A DNA stretch of 64,000 nt. Source: Candidatus Aenigmatarchaeota archaeon. Lineage in GTDB: Archaea > Aenigmatarchaeota > Aenigmatarchaeia > PWEA01 > JACQIF01. Numbering within the stretch: position 1 is the stretch's first letter; the number at the start of each line of letters is the position of its first letter. Below, piece by piece: positions 29,393 through 39,369 of the stretch. Location: the NCBI GenBank assembly GCA_016432325.1, contig CP066684.1, positions 704,001 through 768,000 on the forward strand. Direction: 5' to 3'. The notes under the pieces were generated by a model, which was given only the letters and a program-made list of their open reading frames with translations, did no database searches and was not told the origin of the DNA. Made by a program: the position numbers and the translations under genes.

Positions 29393-30337
29393 CTAGCTTC
29401 TCACTACCTTCTGCGCGGATACGAGCGCTTCGTAGTTCTCCAGAGCCAGCGCGTCGCGGAATATCTTGTCTGTCGCGGCCGCTGCCTTGTCCAGATCGCG
29501 TCCGAAATGCGCGAATACGCCGTCGCCAACGACGAAACGGCCCTTCTTCAGGGTTTTTGCGTTCGAGAAGCCCAGCTCTTCCAGAACCCGTTGCGTGTTT
29601 TGCACATCGCCTGCCTTGCACATGAGCACGAATCCGTCCTTCTCAAGAACGTGATGGACCGCGTGTCCCGTGAACTTGTCAGTGAAGACGAGCGCGTCCT
29701 CTCCATGTCTGCCGTGTTTCATCATCTCCCCAAGATCGTGCCTTATGGCGTTAATGGTGTCGGTTTTCGGAGGTTGCGGTTGCCGGACAGGCTCTGCCTC
29801 TTTCATTGTCAAACCGGTCTCAACAGGCGGTGTTTTGGTCTCAGGGGCTGGTATCGCAGCCTTCCTTATGGTACTCGACCTCTCAATCTTCGGCTCGGGC
29901 TTGCGCTTTATCTCCACTTGCATCGTAGGAGCGTTTCGGACGCGTATGCCCGTATCGTTCAGTATGATGTTCTTGGCGTCGGCCTTCTTCTCCGCGGCCA
30001 CCTCAAGAAGGTTCGTCAGCTTCTCCTCGTCCCATATCTCCATGCTAAACCTCTTGGCCAGGCCGGTTTCCTTCTCTGTAAGATCGCAGTCCACGAGGAC
30101 GAGGACTATGCTGTCTATGCCAAGAACGCGCTGGATACTGTCCATGATATGGATAAAATTGCGGATGTTCTGCGAATTCTTCTCCCTGTAGACGCACTGT
30201 ATCACTATCTTCTTCTTCTGGTGCTCGAGATAGAAATCGGTTTCGTAGCCGTGCAAGTCCCTGTTCCTTTCGTACGGAATCCCGCAGAGGCTGAGAAGAT
30301 GCTCGACGTTCCTTTCAAGCAAAGTGGACTGCGGCAT
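29393..30337 (-). CDS. protein with N-terminal restriction-endonuclease-like (Mrr-type) domain
   Basis: E.D.....KIVIQC pattern, IWDEEKL, Pro-rich linker. Confidence 0.55.
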   Translation of the reverse strand: MPQSTLLERNVEHLLSLCGIPYERNRDLHGYETDFYLEHQKKKIVIQCVYREKNSQNIRNFIHIMDSIQRVLGIDSIVLVLVDCDLTEKETGLAKRFSMEIWDEEKLTNLLEVAAEKKADAKNIILNDTGIRVRNAPTMQVEIKRKPEPKIERSSTIRKAAIPAPETKTPPVETGLTMKEAEPVRQPQPPKTDTINAIRHDLGEMMKHGRHGEDALVFTDKFTGHAVHHVLEKDGFVLMCKAGDVQNTQRVLEELGFSNAKTLKKGRFVVGDGVFAHFGRDLDKAAAATDKIFRDALALENYEALVSAQKVVRS

Positions 30338-30450
30338 ACAACCCCCGCGTCAAGCTGCGCGGCCGTGTATAAATATGCCTGCCGGGCGCGCGGACGGACC
30401 GCAAAAAGATTTATATAGCGGTCCGCGCATTCTGTAGACGTGACGCCGAC

Positions 30451-33400
30451 GTGAAAAACCATAGGACGTTCTTGCTGACACTGTTCGCAGCGGCAATATT
30501 AATGGGCCCATCGGCTCTCGCGCAGACTCCCGATTATCTGAACATAGACGCCGGAACGACTCCGGACGACCCGTTCTACTTCTTTGACACGACGTGGGAT
30601 GGCGTCCAGATGTTCATCGCAATCAGCCCAGAAGACAAGGCGGCGCTCGCCGCGGAAATCAGCGCGGAGCGCTTCGCCGAGATGCACCAGATGATGGAAG
30701 AGAACAACTGGGTGGCGGCCCAATCAGCGGCGCAAGGCGCCGAGTCGTGGACGGGCCAGTTCGCCACTGCGCTTGAGAGCCTGCCGCCTATTGTTGATCC
30801 TGTTGCTCTTGCAGAGATAGGAGAACTTTCTCATTATGTTAACGACTATTCAGATGCCGTACATGAGCAGTATGAAGAGCTTCTGGCGTCCGGCGAGCTT
30901 GATGAGGCGACGGCAGACACGCTGCCTGTAGACGCCCTTGTCGAAAGCACTGTTGACGCCCAGGCCGGTTATGTCGAAGCCAAGGACGAGGTCATAGCGG
31001 CCGCGGCCGAGGAACAGGGAATCACGCAAATAGAGGCCGGGATACAGTACTCCAATGCCGAGGAGGATGTGGGCCTGACAGACGTGCAGAAGGATGCGGT
31101 CGCTACGGAACTCGTGGACGCGCGAGATGCGGCGACTGAACTTGAGGAGGCGTACTTGGCTCTGCCTGACGGCGAGGAGAAGCTCGTCCTAGGCAACATG
31201 GTGGAGGACGCGAAGCTCAACCTGCAACAGAGCGAGTACCTGTTCAAGGCGGGCGATTATGACGCAGCTTCCGGCAATCTCATCGAGGGACAGCACTGGA
31301 TATTCAACGCGCAGGACTACGCTGGCGGCGAGCTGACCGAGGACCAAAAGGCCGCCTTTGAAGAGCAGTTCACGAACGTGGAAGCCATAAGGGACGAGGT
31401 AACGGACGGGAGCGCGACTTTCGTGGAAGAGTGGGAAGCCAACAAGGACGCCCTGACAGCCGCATATCCTGAAGAGGCGGCGATTCTTGAGCAGCGCTTC
31501 GAGCAGGAGCAGAACGTTGTTGCTATAGCGACCGCCCTTGAAGAATCATATTCAACAGAGCTCAACGACCTGATTACGGCAGGCGAGGACCCGTCAGAGG
31601 CCGCTCGGATATTGGCGGCGCAGCAGGCCGACGAATACAGGAAGGCATACGGCGAGGAGTTCGTTCCTCCGGGATTCATCGTAACGGGTGAGATTGAACT
31701 GCCTGAAGGAGCCGATGCAACTGCGGTAGAGAATTTCGCCGATCCTGAAATCGCGGCTGGCGCAGGCGGCGGCTTCGTGATAGGAACGCAGTACGTTGAT
31801 CCAGTCACGGATTACAAGTATGAGTTCGTCGAAACGGGCTGGAGATTCACGACTCCGTCCGGCCAGGCATACGAGCATCCATATCCTGAAGGATACGAAC
31901 CGGCGTCCGCCTTCGAGAACGGCAACGAAGAGTACAGTTATACTGTCGACACTCCAGAAGGGCTCGCTCAATATACGTATACTCCTACCGGATACGAAGT
32001 CGTCACGCCTGAAGGAACGACCGAAACTTATGCTTACACGCCCGGGCAGTATAAGCTTCCTGACGGCAAGACAGTGAACTACAAGCCGACCGGCTACGAG
32101 ATAAGGGACGGCGCGGTCGTCGAGGCAAAATACGATTACAATCCCGAGTTCAACGCCTACGCGTCCGCCGACGGCACGGTCTACAGGCCGCCTGACGGGG
32201 CGTACTACCACTACAAGACCGACTACAGCGCAGTCGAGGGAAAATACACTTATGCCGCGGGCAGCGACACGTGGACATACGATCCCAAGACCGCTTCGTG
32301 GGCTTCCGGAGGCGGAGAGACCTACAAGCCGCCCACGGCCGTCGTAGCGCCTGTCGGTTACGAGTCTGACGGCGTTTACCGCTCGCCATCAGGCGTCAGA
32401 TGGGATTACAATTCTGGCACAGGAACGTGGGGATCCACAAGCGGGGAATCCTACAACTCTGCAAACGGCGCGTACCGCTCTGCAACAGGCGCCACAACCA
32501 CGCACGCTTACGATTACAGCAGGCCAACCTACGGCTACGATGCGAGAACGCAGGAGTACAGGTTTGACACCGTGACGCGCGAAGGCACAGGCACGTGGAC
32601 ATACAACCCGCAGGCGAACATCTGGACGTCAGGCTCTGGAGAAACTACAGAAGCAAGTCGCGGTTACGTGCCGCCTACCACGTTGAACTACCCAACGCCC
32701 GTGGCGTATCAGTCTCCATCGTTCTATCCATACCCATCGCCAGGACAGGCGTACGTGACGCCGGCTCCTTACCAGACACCGTCTTACCAGACTCCCAACT
32801 TCGCTTACCAGACTCCTTACTACTCCTACCCCTCGCCCTCGTACGTTTACCCGTCGCCCGGCACGTATCCAACGCCTTCGTACGTCTACCCCACTCCGTA
32901 CCAGTACCCGACACCGGGAAATACATACCCGTCGCCATACTACGCCTACCCAACTCCGGGACAGTACTACCAGACGCCAAACTACTACATCTACCCGACG
33001 CCAAGCTCCACGTACCCAACGCCTGCGTACACATACCCGTCTCCCTACTACTCTTACCCTTCGCCGTCTGACTCCTACCAGACTCCGTACTACGCTTACC
33101 CGTCTCCATCCTCTTACCCAACGCCCTCATACACATATCCAACTCCGGGAACAGAGTACGCTTACCCAACGCCTTCGACCACAGGATATTCGTACCCATC
33201 GCCTTCGTACGCGACACCATACACCTATCCCACTCCGGGCTCGTACCCAACACCATACTACCAGAGCCCCACGTACTACGCTTACCCCACGCCTTCCGCA
33301 GACTACGTGACGCCAACATACTACTCGTACCCGTCGCCGTCTGAAGGCAGCTACCCGTACCCAACGCCTTCATACCCGTCTCCGTATTCGTACCCGACAC

Positions 33401-33804
33401 CGGGAACCGGCTACTCGTATCCGTCGCCTTCGTACAGCTACCCGACACCTTCGTCATACACATATCCGACCCCGGGCAGCGCATACGGATATCCGTCGCC
33501 TTCGTACACGTACCCATCCCCGACGGGTACTTACGTAACGCCTTCCTACTCGACGCCCTCATACGCCTACCCGACTCCAACAGAGGGAGGTTACTCGTAT
33601 CCATCGCCTTACCCGTATCCAACGCCGTCCGAGGGAGGTTACCCGTACCCAACGCCTTACGCGTCTCCGTCCGAAGGATATTCGTACCCATCGCCTGGTT
33701 CGTACCCAACTCCGTCCGAAGGTTATGCCTATCCAACTCCGTACGGAACTCCTGAGTCGTACGGCACACCATACGACTACCCATCTCCGTACGGCACGCC
33801 CTAG
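30451..33804 (+). CDS. giant secreted protein: DUF5667-like N-terminus, Tyr-rich middle, long YP(S/T)P-repeat tail
   Basis: Signal peptide, AGTTPDDPFYFFD...ERFAE, dozens of YPSP/YPTP/YQTP units. Confidence 0.85.
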   Translation: MKNHRTFLLTLFAAAILMGPSALAQTPDYLNIDAGTTPDDPFYFFDTTWDGVQMFIAISPEDKAALAAEISAERFAEMHQMMEENNWVAAQSAAQGAESWTGQFATALESLPPIVDPVALAEIGELSHYVNDYSDAVHEQYEELLASGELDEATADTLPVDALVESTVDAQAGYVEAKDEVIAAAAEEQGITQIEAGIQYSNAEEDVGLTDVQKDAVATELVDARDAATELEEAYLALPDGEEKLVLGNMVEDAKLNLQQSEYLFKAGDYDAASGNLIEGQHWIFNAQDYAGGELTEDQKAAFEEQFTNVEAIRDEVTDGSATFVEEWEANKDALTAAYPEEAAILEQRFEQEQNVVAIATALEESYSTELNDLITAGEDPSEAARILAAQQADEYRKAYGEEFVPPGFIVTGEIELPEGADATAVENFADPEIAAGAGGGFVIGTQYVDPVTDYKYEFVETGWRFTTPSGQAYEHPYPEGYEPASAFENGNEEYSYTVDTPEGLAQYTYTPTGYEVVTPEGTTETYAYTPGQYKLPDGKTVNYKPTGYEIRDGAVVEAKYDYNPEFNAYASADGTVYRPPDGAYYHYKTDYSAVEGKYTYAAGSDTWTYDPKTASWASGGGETYKPPTAVVAPVGYESDGVYRSPSGVRWDYNSGTGTWGSTSGESYNSANGAYRSATGATTTHAYDYSRPTYGYDARTQEYRFDTVTREGTGTWTYNPQANIWTSGSGETTEASRGYVPPTTLNYPTPVAYQSPSFYPYPSPGQAYVTPAPYQTPSYQTPNFAYQTPYYSYPSPSYVYPSPGTYPTPSYVYPTPYQYPTPGNTYPSPYYAYPTPGQYYQTPNYYIYPTPSSTYPTPAYTYPSPYYSYPSPSDSYQTPYYAYPSPSSYPTPSYTYPTPGTEYAYPTPSTTGYSYPSPSYATPYTYPTPGSYPTPYYQSPTYYAYPTPSADYVTPTYYSYPSPSEGSYPYPTPSYPSPYSYPTPGTGYSYPSPSYSYPTPSSYTYPTPGSAYGYPSPSYTYPSPTGTYVTPSYSTPSYAYPTPTEGGYSYPSPYPYPTPSEGGYPYPTPYASPSEGYSYPSPGSYPTPSEGYAYPTPYGTPESYGTPYDYPSPYGTP

Positions 33805-33842
33805 CGTTAACAATTTAAACTGGGAAACACCAGCGGTTCCTT

Positions 33843-36254
33843 ATGCGTGGAACAACGATTTGGATTCTGTTCGCGGCTCTCGTCTTGCTTGCGACGGCCG
33901 TTCCTGCGTCGGCTCACAGCCCGACGACCGTTGCAATAACAGAAGACGGCTTTTCTCCTGACCACGTGACCGTCCACGTAGGCGACAGCGTCACGTGGAT
34001 AACCCGCGGCGTCGCAGGCCACTGGCCCGCGTCAGACATGCACCCAACGCACACCGCGTATCCGGGCTCTTCAATAAACAAGTGCATCACCGATGAAAAG
34101 AAGGACATACTGGACTCCTGCGTCGGTCTAAAGGGCGGGGAAAGCTACACTTTTACGTTCAGCCAAGCCGGCAAATGGGGACTCCACGACCACCTGTATC
34201 CCGGAAATACGATGACCGTAGAGGTCGTCGGTGAAGAGAAGGTAGACGTTTTCAAGAATTTGATAGACGCTGTAACGGCTTACCTGTCCAGCATCGGAAA
34301 GAGCGGCCCCACTTCAGACGAGTTCCGCGCACTCGATTACACGGTGCAGAAATCGACGTTCAAGACGATGGCCGCCAGAGACCCGGCCGGCGCGTGGAAG
34401 TTTCTCACCGGCACTTTCATAATAGACGGGCAGGTGAAGGAGAATCCTCACGAGCTCGCGCACGTGGCAGGCAAGGCTCTCTACAAGGCCAAAGGGATAG
34501 ACGGCATAGGCGTCTGCGACCCCGCGTTTGCGTTCGGCTGCTATCACGGCGTCACAGAACAGATGCTTCTTGAGCGCGGCTCCGAAGGCGTGCCGGAGAT
34601 AGAGAGCACGTGCATGCGCCTCTTCCCCAACGAGGAAGCGCTCATCGCGAGCTGCATTCACGGCACGGGCCACGGCCTTCTCACGTGGGAGAGCCTTGAC
34701 GTCGGCTCTGCGTTGAAGGATTGCGACGCTCTCGGCGAACGCCACAGGAGCTACTGCTATGACGGAGTCTTCATGGAGAACAGTTTCAGCGCTCCGGCAC
34801 GCGACGACTGGACGCTTTGCGAGAGCGTTGACGAGCGCTACGACGCGGAGTGCGCGAAGTATCACGTTTACGGCATGGGCGCAAGAGTCGGCTGGGACCC
34901 CTCCGCAATGGCCGCGTCCTGCGAGGAAGCGCCCCGTCAGGCGCTCAGGGACGGCTGTTTCACAGGTCTGGGCTTCTACTCGGCCAACGCGGCCCGCGGC
35001 GACTTCAACGGAATAACCAACGCGTGCGGCACGGCGCAGAGCGAGGACGGCAAGAGTACGTGCATAACGAGCGCGGCCGTCGAGGTCATATTCCAGGAGT
35101 ACGCGGGCTGGCCCGCGACATCCGTGAACCTTTGCGGTTCGCTTGCGGAAGGTTTGAAGAACGAATGCTTGGCGCGCACGACTGCAATCGTGGCCGACTA
35201 TAAGAGAGGCGTTACGAACACCCCTGAAATAGACAGGATAAAATCGATGACAAACCTCGAGGAACAGGGGAAGATTTACCTCCAGCTTATCGAACGCGTA
35301 GGTCCTGTTGAAGCGCAGGAGCAGCTATTCCATTCGGGCCTTCCGTTCACCGGTCAAACGCACCTGCTCAATCACGTGGTCGGTGAGTACCTCTATGAAA
35401 AGCACGGCGCCCAGGGACTGGTCTACTGCAAAGAATACTTCCTGGCATCGTGCTACCACGGTTTCGTCATCGACGCAATCGGTTTCAAAGGCATCGATGG
35501 AATGGATGAGATAATGGCCGAGTGCAACAAGTACGGCCTGTCCGTGTCCGCACAATGTTCGCACGCGATGGGCCATGGCTTCCTAGCGTGGAACGGCTAT
35601 GCGAACATTCCTGACGCGCTCAAGATGTGCAACGAGATGACCTCGCGCGTCGAGGGCTTCCCTTCGTTCAACTGCCGTGACGGAGTCTTCATGGAGAACA
35701 TCTGGGGAATCCACGCCGGCGCGCCTTCCGATGAAAGGTGGGTCAAGGAAGGGGACAACTTTTACCCGTGCGACGATCCACGCCTGAGCTACGCCGATCT
35801 CGACGGCTGCTGGGCCAACCAGCCTTCGCTGATTTACCAGAGCAATGGCGGCGACATCGCTGCCGTCGGCCAGGAGTGCCTGAAGGTCGAGAACCCCGCT
35901 TACCAGAAGATATGCTTCAACGCGCTCGCGCGCCAGATACATCCACTGACCAAGGGTGACCCTGCCGCGGCGTTCAGCATGTGCGGCCTGTTGCCGAGCG
36001 AATGGACGGACCACTGTTTGTCTACGATAGCTACGTCCGACTTCTCGGTCGGCGGCCGCGCGATGAGCTTCGACATCTGTTCGAACGTGAAAGACAAACC
36101 GCAGTGCTACACAGGCTTGTTCGGAGCGATGTCCGTCTACGCGCGCACTCCTCAGGAGTACGAGTCGTTCTGCGCTTACGTGACCGAGGACTCGTGGAAA
36201 CAGGCGTGCCTGAACCGCACGGCAACAGTCACCACGGTGGCGCTGGCGAAATGA
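33843..36254 (+). CDS. secreted cupredoxin-domain protein with two Cys/His-rich modules
   Basis: F.P..VTV.VGD.VTW, HPTH, HDHL; CYHG...C.H..GHG...C.DGVFMEN twice. Confidence 0.8.
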   Translation: MRGTTIWILFAALVLLATAVPASAHSPTTVAITEDGFSPDHVTVHVGDSVTWITRGVAGHWPASDMHPTHTAYPGSSINKCITDEKKDILDSCVGLKGGESYTFTFSQAGKWGLHDHLYPGNTMTVEVVGEEKVDVFKNLIDAVTAYLSSIGKSGPTSDEFRALDYTVQKSTFKTMAARDPAGAWKFLTGTFIIDGQVKENPHELAHVAGKALYKAKGIDGIGVCDPAFAFGCYHGVTEQMLLERGSEGVPEIESTCMRLFPNEEALIASCIHGTGHGLLTWESLDVGSALKDCDALGERHRSYCYDGVFMENSFSAPARDDWTLCESVDERYDAECAKYHVYGMGARVGWDPSAMAASCEEAPRQALRDGCFTGLGFYSANAARGDFNGITNACGTAQSEDGKSTCITSAAVEVIFQEYAGWPATSVNLCGSLAEGLKNECLARTTAIVADYKRGVTNTPEIDRIKSMTNLEEQGKIYLQLIERVGPVEAQEQLFHSGLPFTGQTHLLNHVVGEYLYEKHGAQGLVYCKEYFLASCYHGFVIDAIGFKGIDGMDEIMAECNKYGLSVSAQCSHAMGHGFLAWNGYANIPDALKMCNEMTSRVEGFPSFNCRDGVFMENIWGIHAGAPSDERWVKEGDNFYPCDDPRLSYADLDGCWANQPSLIYQSNGGDIAAVGQECLKVENPAYQKICFNALARQIHPLTKGDPAAAFSMCGLLPSEWTDHCLSTIATSDFSVGGRAMSFDICSNVKDKPQCYTGLFGAMSVYARTPQEYESFCAYVTEDSWKQACLNRTATVTTVALAK

Positions 36255-36263
36255 ATAATCTGG

Positions 36264-36944
36264 TTATATCCTGTCGGCCTCCTTGAGCTTTGTTCTCGTG
36301 GGATCTAGATCCAAAGTTCTGCCATATAGGTTGAAGTACCAGCCATAATGATGGCTCATTCCACCGACGGCCACGACCCTCCCATCGGCATTTCTAATCA
36401 GAGCTTCCGTTAAGTGGTCCGACCCTACAACGACATCTGCCATGGGATAAAACCCAAGCGCGTCATCCACACCCATTATCACATCATCGTACCTAGCATC
36501 AACTAACCCTTGCCGCTCATCCGGCCCCATGTTTTTGAATTTCGCGTACAGCCCCTCGTTCTGAGTCAACGCGCCACGCTCCAGACGCTCCTCCAGTTCC
36601 CTTTCACCCATCCCGTAGAATATTGCCACCGTGGACACATCTTCCTCGCTGAAGAGCGCGTCGTCGTCAAGAGACTCTCCTTGAATCGGATACGATTTGT
36701 CTGCAACATAAAGCGGAATGCCGTGCCGCCGCGCATACATCCGAGAGACCGCGGCTTCAAACCATTCTTCCCCGTCATCCTCACGATTCTCGTTTTCGTC
36801 TGCCTTCGAAAACGAATCCACTAGTGCCGCATTGGACTCGACAACTATCGCGTCAGGCTTCATGTAATCAAGAAGCTTGGCCAGCCTTTCTGTTCCTCTG
36901 GGATCTCTGTGGATAGTACCTATAAAGTGGAGTTCGGATGGCAT
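36264..36944 (-). CDS. hypothetical protein (lower GC, possible TraB/EreA-like fold)
   Basis: IGTIH.D, PD.IVVE, VAVGGMSH. Confidence 0.55.
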   Translation of the reverse strand: MPSELHFIGTIHRDPRGTERLAKLLDYMKPDAIVVESNAALVDSFSKADENENREDDGEEWFEAAVSRMYARRHGIPLYVADKSYPIQGESLDDDALFSEEDVSTVAIFYGMGERELEERLERGALTQNEGLYAKFKNMGPDERQGLVDARYDDVIMGVDDALGFYPMADVVVGSDHLTEALIRNADGRVVAVGGMSHHYGWYFNLYGRTLDLDPTRTKLKEADRI

Positions 36945-36976
36945 GAATCTTCATCCGACTGAAGCTTTAAATAGGA

Positions 36977-37196
36977 TGGTGCTCCTGTCGGGATTTTCAT
37001 GGTGCCGGAAGGCGTAGTTTCTTTGCACCCGTGCTTTCTTTTTAAAGAAAGCCCGGTTTGAACCCGAGTCACAGCCTTTCTCTGCGTCGTTTTCTGCTGA
37101 AGCTCTTTCTTAAAGAGCTTCCTTGAGAGGGCCGGATCCTTACGATTTCTTCCTGCCCGCAGGACGGGAAGTTTGACCGGTCTAGACTACAGGAGC
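36977..37196 (-). tRNA. tRNA-Glu(CTC) with three introns (37141-37173 D-loop, 37078-37123 at 37/38, 36994-37056 at 59/60)
   Basis: Splicing gives a 78-nt cloverleaf GCTCCTG...CAGGAGC-A-CCA; central helices CGGT/ATCG, CTCT/AGAG, TTCA/TGAA. Confidence 0.9.
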
Positions 37197-37257
37197 CCGC
37201 GAACGAGTTCCACAGAAGATTATTTAAAGCGCGTTTCCCAACTCTTTCCATGGCAAT

Positions 37258-37898
37258 CAAACCCGAAACCGCCTATTCCAAAAGCTTTTGAATGTTTCCC
37301 TTTATTTTTTGATATAGTTCTAAAAATGCCTCATTCTCGTTTTTAACGTAACTCTCTATCTGCCCAAACTCTTTGTTATCATACCATTGTCTTATCGAGG
37401 CGCCTGTATGAACCTTTCTACTAAACCTTTGCAGCGTGGCACCCTTGAAATTGCCATCGTTAAGCAAGATAGCAATGTCTCTTAAATCTATTTTAGGTGT
37501 GCCCCAGTGAAAGTCCTTGCTTGTAAATTTGCGTCTTGTGTATTTTCCGAATTTGGCAATAAGAAACTCCCATTCAAAGTTAAGGTTGAATCCAACGGGT
37601 ATGAAGTCCCAAACATCTAGGTTGGCAAAGAACTGTTTGTAAAAACGCATCACTATGTCCCTTTCTGAAGATTCCCATTCCTTTAAGACCACTAGATCGC
37701 CAATAGGCCTACCGGTCCTTGTATCCATCTTCTGAAACTGGATAGTTATTATTCTGTCTATGTCGGGGTTTGGAAGCTTCCCCACTGTATATGTTTCTAT
37801 GTCAAAATAATATGCTGGCATGGCTATATTATCATCAGGGGTAATAAATGCTTGTGAAATTATGGGAAGTCGTGTTATCTCCAAACCCGAAACCGCCT
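37258..37898. mobile_element. single-gene low-GC cassette flanked by a 17-bp direct repeat, inserted in the 5' end of msrA
   Basis: caaacccgaaaccgcct at 37258-37274 and 37882-37898; orphan ATGGCAATC start at 37250. Confidence 0.75.
37273..37821 (-). CDS. RNase H-like 3'-5' exonuclease domain protein
   Basis: YYFDIET, VGFNLNFE, IDL, Y..NE; AT-rich. Confidence 0.8.
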   Translation of the reverse strand: MPAYYFDIETYTVGKLPNPDIDRIITIQFQKMDTRTGRPIGDLVVLKEWESSERDIVMRFYKQFFANLDVWDFIPVGFNLNFEWEFLIAKFGKYTRRKFTSKDFHWGTPKIDLRDIAILLNDGNFKGATLQRFSRKVHTGASIRQWYDNKEFGQIESYVKNENEAFLELYQKIKGNIQKLLE

Positions 37899-38344
37899 TC
37901 TTCGGCGCGGGATGCTTCTGGCACGTTCAGGCCGATTTTGACATGCTGGAAGGCGTCGTTGAGACCACGGTGGGCTACATGGGCGGCTCGAGCAAGAATC
38001 CCACCTATGATGATTATGCGCACGCCGGGCACATAGAAGTATGCAAGGTCGTTTTTAATCCGAAACTCGTTGCCTACAAACGTCTTCTGCAAGCCTTCTG
38101 GAATATGCACGACCCGACGCAGGGCAACCGGCAGGGGCTCGACCTCGGAGCGCAGTACAGATCCGTGATATTTTACGCGACGGCCGAGCAGAAGAAGCAG
38201 GCCGAGGCATCGCTGACCGAAGAGCAGGCGAAGCTAAAGAGAAAGATAACGACCGCGATAGAGCGCGCGGTCGCGTTCTGGCCCGCGGAAGATTACCACC
38301 AGAAGTACAACGCGAAGCACGGGATTAGGGGGAAGGTTTGCTAG
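37862..38344 (+). CDS. msrA: peptide-methionine (S)-S-oxide reductase
   Basis: GAGCFW, GY.GG, HDPTQ.NRQG.D.G.QYRS, AEDYHQKY. Confidence 0.96.
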   Translation: MGSRVISKPETAFFGAGCFWHVQADFDMLEGVVETTVGYMGGSSKNPTYDDYAHAGHIEVCKVVFNPKLVAYKRLLQAFWNMHDPTQGNRQGLDLGAQYRSVIFYATAEQKKQAEASLTEEQAKLKRKITTAIERAVAFWPAEDYHQKYNAKHGIRGKVC

Positions 38345-38347
38345 GGT

Positions 38348-39025
38348 TTAACGGTATTTCGCATTGGATAATCCTATAGAAGTATTTCCGTCGGTGCAGT
38401 ATATTTGAGGCATCGTTTCCATAAATCCAAGGAAGCCGAGCAGCGTAGCCCTGTAGAGTTCCAATCCGCCCGTTCCGGCAACGTCGAACTTCTTGGTTCC
38501 GAGGGCCGAAAAGCTTTCGAAGTCTCCCTGGAACGCGGATTCATTGAAAGGGTTCACCGCATGGCCGTCTCGTTTCACGGTAAGAGGAAGCGCCGTGGCT
38601 GCTGTCCGCACAAACGGCGCTGCCAGATGGAGATAGTGAGCTCTCCTTTCTCGCTGGCCGTCGAGATATGAATGGAACTCGTCCTTCGGCAATCTAAGAT
38701 CACAAGAGGCCGAGATTCCTATTTCAGCAGTCTGGGAAGGCTTGGTCCTGTCGGCAGGAAGAACGCGTGACGTGAAGAGATCTACGAAGTCCGTGCGCTC
38801 ATCTTCCCAATCATTATCCGTATCCAGCAATTTGCAGTTCACAACTGGCCGTCTGATTAACAAGTCGTTGAACAAGAGAATTCTGCGAGGAGATGCCGTC
38901 GTTTGAGCGGCAGTAGCCGTGGTATTAAGCGTCACATCCTCATCCAAGGGGACCGTCAGAAGTTTCACGAGGTCCAGCTTCGAAATTTGCCCGCTCAATG
39001 CCGCAATTTCATACTGCATAGACAT
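38348..39025 (-). CDS. hypothetical protein
   Basis: 225 aa ORF with an upstream TATA-like box. Confidence 0.55.
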   Translation of the reverse strand: MSMQYEIAALSGQISKLDLVKLLTVPLDEDVTLNTTATAAQTTASPRRILLFNDLLIRRPVVNCKLLDTDNDWEDERTDFVDLFTSRVLPADRTKPSQTAEIGISASCDLRLPKDEFHSYLDGQRERRAHYLHLAAPFVRTAATALPLTVKRDGHAVNPFNESAFQGDFESFSALGTKKFDVAGTGGLELYRATLLGFLGFMETMPQIYCTDGNTSIGLSNAKYR

Positions 39026-39069
39026 TGTTTGCGACCGAAGCTATTTATTCTAGAAAATGGCGGCCGGAG

Positions 39070-39348
39070 TCAGGAATCTCCTTCTATCTCTTCTCCGACT
39101 ATGAACGTGCATCCAGCCGGACCAACCTCGGCCGTGTGCGTGACGCCCATCGGGACTTTCATATGATCGCCCTTCTTCAGATTTGCTGCGCGGCCGTCTT
39201 CAAAGTTCATCGTTATACTTCCTTTCAGAATGTAGAAACTTACCTTGCCTCTGTGTTTGTGCGCGGGATATTTCGTGTGCGGTTTGTCTGTCCATTCGTA
39301 GACGTGAACGAAACCTTCGTCCTTCAGTTCTTTCTCGAAACCCTTCAT
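39070..39348 (-). CDS. cupin domain protein
   Basis: YPAHKH, ILKGSI, L.KGD...VP.GVTH.A.VG. Confidence 0.85.
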   Translation of the reverse strand: MKGFEKELKDEGFVHVYEWTDKPHTKYPAHKHRGKVSFYILKGSITMNFEDGRAANLKKGDHMKVPMGVTHTAEVGPAGCTFIVGEEIEGDS

Positions 39349-39369
39349 CGTATCACACGAATGTGTAAA

